A stretch of DNA of 9,953 bases, taken from NCBI RefSeq assembly GCF_006345805.1, contig NW_021827829.1:1-9953 (forward strand), in the 5' to 3' direction. A program made the translations under genes and the position numbers. The DNA is from Octopus sinensis (taxonomy: Eukaryota). This document shows, in pieces, positions 1 through 8,064 of this stretch (position 1 is its first letter; each line of letters opens with the position of its first letter). The notes beneath the pieces are model-generated. The model worked only from the letters and a program-made list of their open reading frames with translations. It was not told the DNA's origin and did no database searches.

Positions 1-125
1 TGCACTCTATCTATCACTCACTCACCTATTCTCTCTCTCTCTCTCTCTCTCTTCCTTTCATCCACAGCCTTCTCTCTTTCTCTCATTTCTCCCCCTCTCT
101 CTCTTTTTTTCTTTCTCTCCCTCTT
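1..125. repeat. (CT)n / pyrimidine-rich low-complexity tract
   Basis: Runs of ctctct and tttt read directly from the sequence. Confidence 0.9.
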
Positions 126-130
126 TTTCG

Positions 131-290
131 TTTACTGGAAGAAATTAACTGTGGTCAGATCAAGAGAAAGATGGGCTCCGCCAAGTCTAAAACCTACTCC
201 AAGACACGCTGTAAGTCAGAGACGGCACCCATCCGTTTCCGTCTACGAATTGAGAGCCCTGCATAAATCAAAGCATCTTCTACAAGACAG
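131..290. other. Non-repetitive, GC-balanced island; possible short exon, strand unresolved
   Basis: On +, 159-290 is open (SRERWAPPSLKPTPRHAVSQRRHPSVSVYELRALHKSKHLLQD) and ends at acag|gtattg. On -, gctaattaactgacaatacctgtcttgtag looks like an acceptor and is followed by DALIYAGLSIRRRKRMGAVSDLQRVLE*. No family recognised. Confidence 0.25.
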
Positions 291-434
291 GTATTGTCAG
301 TTAATTAGCAACTGAAAATATTATTAACTTAATTACTGTAACAGTCATTTATGGTATGTAAATGAAACCCGATATGTCTTCCCGAGACATTTTTCTAGTC
401 AAAATGAAAACACCTTTTCTTTTGCAGACGCACT

Positions 435-810
435 TGTGTGTGTGTGTGATTGCGCGTGTGTGTGTGTGTGTGTGTTATGTGTGTGTGAGTGTATGTGTGT
501 GTGTGTGATTGTGTGTGTGTGTGAGTGTATGTGTGTGTGTGAGTGTTGTGTGTGTGTGGGTGTGTGAGTATTTTGTGTGTGTGAGTGTTTTGTGTGTGTG
601 TGTGTTGTGTGTGTGTGAGTGTTGTGTCTGTGTGTGTGCGAGTGTGTGTATGTGTGTGTGTGAGTGTTGTTTGTGTGTTTGGGTGTTTGTGTGTGTGTGT
701 GTGTGAGTGTTGTTTGTGTGTTTGTGTGTGTGTGAGTGTTGTGTGTGTGTGTGTGTTGTGTGTGTGTGTGAGTGCTGTGTGTGTGTGTGTGTGTTTGTGT
801 GTGAATGCGT
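435..810. repeat. Compound (GT)n microsatellite with gtgagt/gttgt interruptions
   Basis: Direct reading; explains ORFs 475..849, 509..706 and 585..812. Confidence 0.95.
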
Positions 811-1082
811 GAAACCTGTTCTCGTTCTGATTTTGTTTCTGTTACTCATTAAAATTAGCTGAAGTTCTGAAATACATTACATGAAAAATTACAAGACTGA
901 GTCCTATTTTATACCGAAGCAACATCCTAACATACTTAATCAGAGTCTCAGAGAACTTGCCAAGAGTTCTTGGAATACAACATCAACATTTTCTTGGCCA
1001 AAACAAAAACTAATTATTTCAATTCACATCTAATGGTTTTACTGTTATCTACATCTTGTTCCGAGTTCAGGCAGTACAGTAC

Positions 1083-1108
1083 TATATAATATATATATAT
1101 ATATATAT

Positions 1109-1151
<43 letters not shown>

Positions 1152-1181
1152 GTGTTGTGGATGTATGTATATGTATGTATA

Positions 1182-1248
<67 letters not shown>

Positions 1249-1272
1249 ATATAATATATATGTATATATATG

Positions 1273-1303
<31 letters not shown>

Positions 1304-1350
1304 GATATAATATAATATGTATATATTATATATTAATATAATATATATAC
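1083..1350. repeat. Compound (TA)n microsatellite
   Basis: Direct reading. Confidence 0.95.
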
Positions 1351-1399
1351 ATACCTAATATTTCCAATGAGTCCTGACTGTCTGCCATTATACATACAC

Positions 1400-1829
1400 C
1401 GATACATATGTGTGTATGTGTCTATATGTGCGTTTAAATGTCTCTGTGTACACACACACGCACTCACACGTGTGCGCACACACACACACACACACTCGCA
1501 CGCACACACACACACATAATATATATATATATATGTACACATACACAAGTTGATGCAGTCTTCTTCAGACGTACAATGTTTCATTCATTCTCATATGTAT
1601 GTGTGTGTGTGTGGTGTGTGGTGTGTGTGTGTACATATATACACAGGCTTGTGCCATTTCACACTCAAGAGTAGATATCTGTGCGTGTGAATATACATAT
1701 ATATATATATATATATTATATACATACATATATATATATATATATGTATGTATGTATGTTTGTGTATATATATATATATACATACATACATATATGCATA
1801 TATATATTCATACATACATACATGCATAT

Positions 1830-1894
<65 letters not shown>

Positions 1895-1990
1895 CATATA
1901 TATATACATATATATACACACACATATACATATATATATACACACAGTTGGAATTTACCCCAGCTATCTATGTTATATATACATACATAT
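1400..1990. repeat. Compound (CA)n/(TG)n/(TA)n/(TACA)n microsatellite field with short unique spacers
   Basis: Direct reading. Confidence 0.9.
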
Positions 1991-1991
1991 A

Positions 1992-2292
1992 GGGATGTTA
2001 TTGAAATACCGTCACGAGTGGCAAGCGAATTATCAGCCGTACAGGCAAATTAATAAAATATATACATACAATATAAGATACGTACATGTATACAGAAGGT
2101 CACTACATGAGTATCTATATCGCTAAAAATAGAAGTCAAAAATACTTCTGTACCACCGAATTGTCACAAATCTATTACAGAAATTACAAGGAAAAATATC
2201 AATTTCATGTCTGTAATTGATTTGTGACTACTCGCTGGTAGGTGATCGTGTAGTGCCCTTGTGTATATATGTACATATTTAATATTGTATGT
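1992..2292 (+). mobile_element. Foldback (palindromic) element family A, copy 1
   Basis: Inverted arms 2064-2180 and 2211-2292, e.g. gtcacaaatctattacag / ctgtaattgatttgtgac and acatacaatat / atattgtatgt. Unique extension at 1992-2063. Aligns with the reverse complement of 9202-9540. Strand label is arbitrary. Confidence 0.85.
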
Positions 2293-2312
2293 TACATATA
2301 CACATATATAAA

Positions 2313-2543
2313 GACGGCGAGCTGGCAGAAACGTTAGCACGCCGGGCGAAATGCATAGCCGTATTTCGTCTGTCGTTACGTTCTGAGTTCAAATTCCGCC
2401 GAGGTCGACTTTGCCTTTCACCCTTTCAGGGTAGATAAATAAAGTACCAGTTCCGCACTGGGGTCGATGTAATCGACTTAATCCCTTTGTCTGTCCTTGC
2501 TTGTCCCCTCTGTGTTTAGCCCCTTGTGGGCAATACAGAAATA
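2313..2543 (+). mobile_element. tRNA-derived SINE, apparently full length
   Basis: A-box-like tggcagaaacg (2323-2333) and B-box gagttcaaattcc (2385-2397). Central block gtcgactttgcctttcaccctttcagggtagataaataaagtacc; 3' end ...gggcaatacagaaata runs into (TA)n. Recalled as an abundant octopus SINE, not verified by search. Confidence 0.85.
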
Positions 2544-2692
2544 TATATATGTATATGCCTGTGTGTGTATATATTTATTTATATATATATGCATATATAT
2601 ATATAAATATGTATATGTGTGTGTGTGTTCGTGTGTGTGGAAGCATACAGCACAAGCACATTTACTTGTACATACATATACATATCTATATC

Positions 2693-2727
<35 letters not shown>

Positions 2728-2740
2728 ATACATACATAGT
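2544..2740. repeat. (TA)n/(TG)n/(CA)n microsatellite field
   Basis: Direct reading. Confidence 0.85.
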
Positions 2741-3414
2741 TACTCATACTTATTCCATATTTGAAAATTGCATACCATTTGCACACTCTCACACTTATCT
2801 ACACCCCACCTACTCCCCCCCCCCACACATACATGAACTATAACCGGGGACAAAATGAAACAAAAATACAACAAAGAAACAAAAGATGGAAATCAAAGCT
2901 AATAAAGACAAGACAAAGAGCAGAAATATCCATTAAACTTGTTAGGTTTATCTCACAAATTGAGGTGGAGATAACAATAATCCTACATCAAAAGGCTATA
3001 TTTTCCGCTTCGCTTATTATAATCAGTGATAAGCATCAAAAGTGCTATTAGTGACCGGAGGTGAGTTGGAAATATGAATTGTGTGGTCTTTGTAGAAAAC
3101 ATTTAGATATTATTTGGAGGAAGTGAAGTATACTACGAAGGGGTCTATAGTACCCTGTGCCACGGGGTACCTTGGGGTATCACGGTGGTATTTATACTGG
3201 TACTCGAAGAAGAGTCCTGTCTCGTGATCTGCAATTATGTGTGTATGTATGTGTGTATGAGAATGTGTGTATATGTTTAGGTAGGTAAGTACTTAACTAT
3301 ATATATTTATATGTATGTATGGACGTGTCTGTATGAGCATGCGCGTATGTGTGCATGTATGTAGACATATATATGCGCACATTTACATATTCACACATAA
3401 AATTATAAAATGAC

Positions 3415-3470
3415 ATATATATATATATAGATAGAGAGAGAGAAAGAGTGAGAGAGAGAGAGAGAGAGGG

Positions 3471-3557
<87 letters not shown>

Positions 3558-3560
3558 CGA
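3415..3560. repeat. (TA)n-(GA)n-(GATA)n compound microsatellite
   Basis: Long pure agat run at about 3471-3555. Confidence 0.95.
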
Positions 3561-3575
3561 GATAAATAGATGAAA

Positions 3576-3826
3576 ATAGAGTCAGCAGATGAGATTCTGA
3601 GATGCTCAATATTGAAAACAGTAGCGCTCAAATGATTTGAACCTCCGCTCCGACATCCGTAGGGTAAAAAGTGGGCAGATATGTAGATAATGATGCATTA
3701 TATATTAGGGTTAGATATATAACGTGTACGTATATATGTAAACAGTGAGAAACAAAGACTATGGATATTCAGACGATGAACATTCATACATAAATATATA
3801 GATATTTATATATTAACAGAGCATAT
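3576..3826 (+). repeat. Dispersed repeat family C, copy 1 (blocks A 3576-3639 and B' 3754-3826)
   Basis: Block A (atagagtca..gagatgctcaatattgaaaa..tcaaatgatttg) matches 6309-6375 directly. Block B' matches 6371-6438 as reverse complement. Confidence 0.6.
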
Positions 3827-3877
3827 AATACAGAGTACAAATACAGGAAACTAAGGGGAGAAGTTATGGTATTACAG

Positions 3878-3900
3878 GCCTGACAGCTGTTTCTAGAGGC
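3878..3900 (-). other. Possible collapsed hammerhead relic (stem I plus stem III, core and stem II deleted)
   Basis: Minus strand reads GCCU-CUA-GAAAC-AGCU-GUC-AGGC. GCCU/AGGC pair, GAAAC..GUC encloses palindromic AGCU, and the ANGA-stem II segment is absent. Confidence 0.3.
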
Positions 3901-4184
3901 TCGGAATTACATAACAATTTTTGCAGATGTAGTTCGCAAAACGTCAAGCATATGCAACCAGTAGTGGATGTATATAAACATTAAGGTTAATCCGGCTCCC
4001 GTCTGCAGGGTGGAAGGATTGACATTTAATATTTTTTTAATGTAAAGTGTTTTGCCCAAGATGATTCATTTGGTTTGAAACAATCTATAATTCAGAAAAG
4101 GTTTGAAACCAAACCTTCCGGAAAATCGATGGTGTATATGTATACTTCAGATAACATAGTTCGGCATACTTTAGTCATTTAAAT

Positions 4185-4400
4185 TAACAGGATGGTCATG
4201 ACTGGACCGCTTTTGATCACACGATTATTTAATCGGAGCTGACTGAAGCTTAAACAAGATGACTGACATATAAGAGAAAGTAGTTCTGGATATCAACACT
4301 TTCTATATGACGATGAAGCCATGGATGGATCTTTTTGTTCACATGCCTGTTAGAACAGGGCTGACTCGGGGTTAACACCACCATTAACAACAACAAAAGC
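4185..4400 (+). mobile_element. Possible degenerate retroposon 3' tails ending in (AAC)n
   Basis: Two similar segments, cggagctgactgaagcttaaacaag (about 4234-4258) and cagggctgactcggggttaacaccacc (about 4356-4382); the second is followed by aacaacaacaaaa. Confidence 0.3.
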
Positions 4401-4479
4401 TAAAACAACAGCAAGATGTATAGTAGTTGAAATAATATCTAATATATTTAATGAAGTGGAATATAATTAGACAGATATC

Positions 4480-4570
4480 CATGTGTGCGTGTGTGCGCGT
4501 GTGTGCATGTGCGAATGTGTGTGTGCGCGTGTGTGTGCGTGCGTGTGTGTGAGTGCGTGTGCGTGTGTGT
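4480..4570. repeat. (GT)n/(GC) mixed microsatellite
   Basis: Direct reading. Confidence 0.9.
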
Positions 4571-4699
4571 TATTTCTGCTAATCACATTGTTTTGGTAGA
4601 GTTTGTAGGAAGTGACGATAACTTCGTGGGAGATTATATAAAACTAATGAAAGAAAAGCAATAGTTTGTTACAACCAGGTGTTTATATAGAGGGCTGTA

Positions 4700-4741
<42 letters not shown>

Positions 4742-4875
4742 CATTACACACGCACTCGTGTGTGTGTATATGTATGTAGTGTGTGCCCGCGTGCTTGCAT
4801 TCTCTAAGGTCGTAATGGGTGGTAGCAAGTAATTTACTCACGCACACAGACACACATACACAGACACAAGCACAA

Positions 4876-4913
<38 letters not shown>

Positions 4914-5235
4914 TATATACACATACACACACACCACACACTTGTGTAGATAATTACATACACTAATAGGTATTTAAATAGATAGATAATGCGGATGTAT
5001 ATGTTTGCTTTCAAATGAATACGCATATATACTTCCATGTATATAAACATACACTCATGTAGATGTATATACATGCGTGTGTGCTTGTGTGTGTAATTGT
5101 GTGCGTTTGAGCAACACACACTCAACACACTAACGCACACACTCATACACACACATATCCCTACGTACATAAATGTAGACATACATACACATATATAACT
5201 ACATACGTATGCATGCACATGTACATAAATACATA
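4700..5235. repeat. Compound (TA)n/(CA)n/(TG)n microsatellite field
   Basis: Direct reading; includes short unique spacers. Confidence 0.85.
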
Positions 5236-5526
5236 CAAGAATTATTTGAAACTGAAAATGTACAAAGACTTACTCTTCTTTCCGAAAACTTTCGTAACAA
5301 ATCTTTTCCAAAAGAAAGTTTCATAACAATTCTTTTGTCATTTTAAGTAGTTATTGAATCCCACTCCCAAAGAATACGAAACGTGGCCAAAATTTTTTTA
5401 AGATATCTGGATCCATTCCGCTGTGATATCCTAGATCAACCTTCTCTCAAAGATTACAAGGAGATCGGATTATCTCGCAAGAATTTGTTCACTTAGCAAC
5501 TTAAGACACCATTTGTAAGATCAAGT
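5236..5526 (+). pseudogene. Possible decayed Penelope-like (RT/GIY-YIG) retroelement ORF fragment
   Basis: One frame with two stops: QELFETENVQRLTLLSENFRNKSFPKESFITILLSF*VVIESHSQRIRNVAKIFLRYLDPFRCDILDQPSLKDYKEIGLSRKNLFT*QLKTPFVRSS. By eye it resembles the PLE RT-thumb/linker motifs RL..L...F.NRGYP, P.LK and KNL....VRS. No search was run. Confidence 0.35.
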
Positions 5527-5581
5527 AAAAATATTATTCTGTCGGGCATACACAGAGATGACGGACACGGCAGTGGTCAAT

Positions 5582-5637
5582 GTTTCGAAGATGCTGGTCC
5601 AGTTTCGAAGATGTTGGCCCATGAAGATGCTGGTCAT
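5582..5637 (+). repeat. 20-bp tandem repeat, about 2.8 copies
   Basis: gtttcgaagatgctggtcca / gtttcgaagatgttggccca / tgaagatgctggtcat. Confidence 0.85.
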
Positions 5638-5719
5638 GTCTGTTTGGCTAAAACATAATAAAGGGATCACAGTACAACATGAAATTAAGGAAAATATAAG
5701 GTGTACATATAGGTATAAT

Positions 5720-5928
5720 TGTGAGTGTGTGTGTATATCGCCATACACACACATACACATATGTATGTATGTATCTATCTATATCTATCTGTCTATCTAT
5801 CAATCTGTCCATCTATCTAGTTATCTATTCTATCTATATATCTCCCTCTCTTTCTCTCTCTCTCTCTCTCTCTCAGTATATACATATTTATATATCTATA
5901 TATATATCATATATATATATATTATATA

Positions 5929-5976
<48 letters not shown>

Positions 5977-5977
5977 A
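5720..5977. repeat. (TG)/(CA), (TCTA)n, (CT)n and (TA)n compound microsatellite
   Basis: Direct reading. Confidence 0.9.
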
Positions 5978-6185
5978 TTCTTTATTCTTTATTTCTTTTA
6001 GTGTTCAGTCATTTGATTGCGGCCATGCTGGAGCACTGCCTTTAGTCGAACAAATCGACCACAGGACTTATTCTTTGTAAGCCTAGTATTTATTTTATCG
6101 GTCTCTTTTGGGAACCGCTACGTAAACGTAAACACACCAAACATCGGTTGTCGAGCGATGCTGAGGGGACGAACGCAGACACAAA
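5978..6185 (-). mobile_element. 3' half of the same SINE family as 8516-8887 (5' tRNA head absent)
   Basis: Reverse complement aligns with 8700-8887 (ggtcgatttgttcgactaaagg..gtgctccagcatggccgca..tcaaa.gactgaa) and has a (aataaag)-type tail. Confidence 0.85.
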
Positions 6186-6210
6186 AATACATGCATACAT
6201 ATTCATATAC

Positions 6211-6248
<38 letters not shown>

Positions 6249-6308
6249 ATACAGATACACACATACATACACACACACACTCACACGCGCGTGCGCGCGC
6301 ACACACAT
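6186..6308. repeat. (CA)/(TA)/(TG) microsatellite
   Basis: Direct reading. Confidence 0.9.
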
Positions 6309-6438
6309 ATAGAGTCAAGGGATAAGATCCAGAGATGCTCAATATAGAAAATACCCTCCCTGATCAAATGATTTGTTCTGCAAATAAATAAACATCTATA
6401 TGAACGTTCATCTGAATATTTTCAGTTTGATAGTCTTT
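6309..6438 (+). repeat. Dispersed repeat family C, copy 2 (block A direct, block B inverted relative to copy 1)
   Basis: See 3576-3826. Confidence 0.6.
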
Positions 6439-6560
6439 TTACATGTATATATATTATATATATATATAATTTTAATCCAAACGGGAAAACAAAAAAACAA
6501 CAACAATGGAACAATTACAGTATTATTATTAATAGGCGCTCAGGAAATGGAAGCAGGAAG

Positions 6561-6595
6561 GTATGACGTTTCGAGCGGAGCTCTTCGTCGGAAAC
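6561..6595 (-). ncRNA. Minimal type I hammerhead ribozyme motif (core variant CCGACGA)
   Basis: Minus strand reads GUUU-CCGACGA-A-GAGC-UCC-GCUC-GAAA-CGU-C-AUAC. Stem II is GAGC/GCUC, stem III is palindromic ACGU, the triplet is GUC, and stem I GUUU/AUAC has one mismatch. Confidence 0.65.
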
Positions 6596-7224
6596 ATAAA
6601 GAAGGAAGAGAGAGGAAAGAAAGATCCCAAAGCGGGCAACAGGGATAGAGAAAAAAAAAACGACTGGTGTTTACGAGTTACACATGGTGAAAGGCGGAAG
6701 TTTACGATAACAAGAGCAAAGTAGGTTTTTAAAGGCAAAAGAGTGGAGACAAGGTTGGTAACGCAACAGATTGGTGTGTATGTGTGAGTGTGTGCGTGTG
6801 CGTGTGTGTATGTGTGTGTGTGGGCGAGATAAAAAAACAAAAAAATATATGTAGTGTTAGTGTGTGCGTCTGTGTGTAGGCGTGTGAGGTAGGGCGAGAC
6901 AGTGGTAGGCATAGCAGACACTGGTCAGTAGTAAGAAAAAGAAGGAAGGAGGAAGGGAGGGAGGGGAAGGGGTGGGGGCGTATGTAGCGTGCCAGCGTGT
7001 GTTGAGTAGTAGTGTGTGTGTGTCCAGTGTCGTGGTAGTATTAATGGCGAGTAGATTGAATGTGTGTAAGAGTAATGTATATATTTAAGCAATGTGTGTA
7101 TATGTGTGCGCATGTGTGTGTGTGTATGTATACTTTATATGTGCAGCCCACGCGGTTATTTCTTCATTTGCCTCATTCTCTCCCTTATTCTATCTCTCTC
7201 TCCCTCTCGCGTGTTTTATTTCTT

Positions 7225-7300
7225 TACTCTCCTTTCCTGAGCGTCCAATAACACAGTACTTTTTACATGTCTTCGCGCTATTATTGCTTCTTGCTTGTTC
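7225..7300 (+). mobile_element. Inverted fragment of the HHR-flanking repeat, without an HHR
   Basis: ttcctgagcg (7234-7243) is the reverse complement of cgctcaggaa at 6537-6546 and 7758-7767; downstream sequence loosely resembles the reverse complement of 6490-6536. Confidence 0.45.
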
Positions 7301-7304
7301 TTGT

Positions 7305-7325
7305 TATATATATATATGTATGTAT

Positions 7326-7408
<83 letters not shown>

Positions 7409-7410
7409 AT
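7305..7410. repeat. (TA)n microsatellite
   Basis: Direct reading. Confidence 0.95.
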
Positions 7411-7457
7411 TAAATGAAAGAATGGAGTCGAACGAATATTTTAACAAAATTCCTTTA

Positions 7458-7539
7458 CTCTCGACACATGTTTCGAAGACCGCATACTCTTAATTCTGAA
7501 GGAATAAAAGGTGCATTATCCGTCTTCTCCTCAGGAAAG
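7458..7539 (-). ncRNA. Type I hammerhead ribozyme with canonical core and extended stem II
   Basis: Minus strand reads CUUUC-CUGAGGA-GAAGAC-[41 nt]-GUCUUC-GAAA-CAUGUGU-C-GAGAG. Stem I has 5 bp (one G-U), stem II 6 bp, stem III is ACA/UGU, the triplet is GUC, and all core positions match CUGANGA..GAAA..UH. Confidence 0.8.
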
Positions 7540-7627
7540 ACAAGGAACCTCTATCAGTCTCAAGACGAACAAAAACTTTTTGATGACTGCCTACATTGTG
7601 TCCATATTAGGATAATTCATTCACCTA

Positions 7628-7629
<2 letters not shown>

Positions 7630-7674
<45 letters not shown>

Positions 7675-7682
7675 ATATATAT
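7630..7682. repeat. (TA)n microsatellite
   Basis: Direct reading. Confidence 0.95.
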
Positions 7683-7776
7683 CTAAAGGGAAAGTTTACG
7701 AAAATAAACAGAAGACGAAGGCAGGTGGAGTACAAACAAACAAATGTATTAGTATAGCGCTCAGGAATAGAAAAAG

Positions 7777-7814
7777 TCTTTTACGTTTCGAGCCTACGCT
7801 CTTCGACAGAAAGA
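7777..7814 (-). ncRNA. Minimal type I hammerhead ribozyme motif (core variant CUGUCGA)
   Basis: Minus strand reads UCUUU-CUGUCGA-A-GAGC-GUAG-GCUC-GAAA-CGU-A-AAAGA. Stem I is a perfect 5 bp, stem II 4 bp with a tetraloop, stem III palindromic ACGU, and the triplet GUA. A6 is replaced by U. Confidence 0.65.
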
Positions 7815-7844
7815 TACACAGAAAAAAACAAGGAGAGAAACAAA

Positions 7845-7861
7845 TATATATATATATACAT

Positions 7862-7944
<83 letters not shown>

Positions 7945-7945
7945 C

Positions 7946-7987
<42 letters not shown>
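7845..7987. repeat. (TA)n then (GATA)n microsatellite
   Basis: Direct reading. Confidence 0.95.
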
Positions 7988-8064
7988 TCAGATGAATATG
8001 GTACTTAAGTTAAAGGCATCAGAATTTAGTATGGTATTATCCTTACAATTTAAAATAAGATGAT

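Noticed and set aside
411-430. Strong acceptor-like ccttttcttttgcag
   Set aside because: It is followed almost immediately by a 370-bp (GT)n tract with no plausible exon.
1555-1590. Minus-strand GAAAC-AUU-GUA-CGU-CUGAAGA-AGAC, a permuted hammerhead-like string
   Set aside because: It has a canonical core heptamer, but only 3 nt are available for stem I and no stem II pairing exists, so it cannot fold.
2313-2400. tRNA gene calls at the SINE heads (also 8516-8580 and 9820-9890)
   Set aside because: They have A/B boxes but no complete cloverleaf, and each continues into a SINE body and tail.
3203-3230. tcgaaga-a-gag-tcctgt-ctc-gtga, resembling a minimal HHR on +
   Set aside because: GAAA is replaced by GTGA, and there is no stem III or stem I.
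3990-4115. Possible minus-strand SINE remnant (gtttcaaacc twice, cttgggcaaaacac)
   Set aside because: Only short motifs match and no A box was found; too degenerate to call.
5582-5637. CRISPR-like array
   Set aside because: The units are directly adjacent with no unique spacers, in a eukaryotic context.
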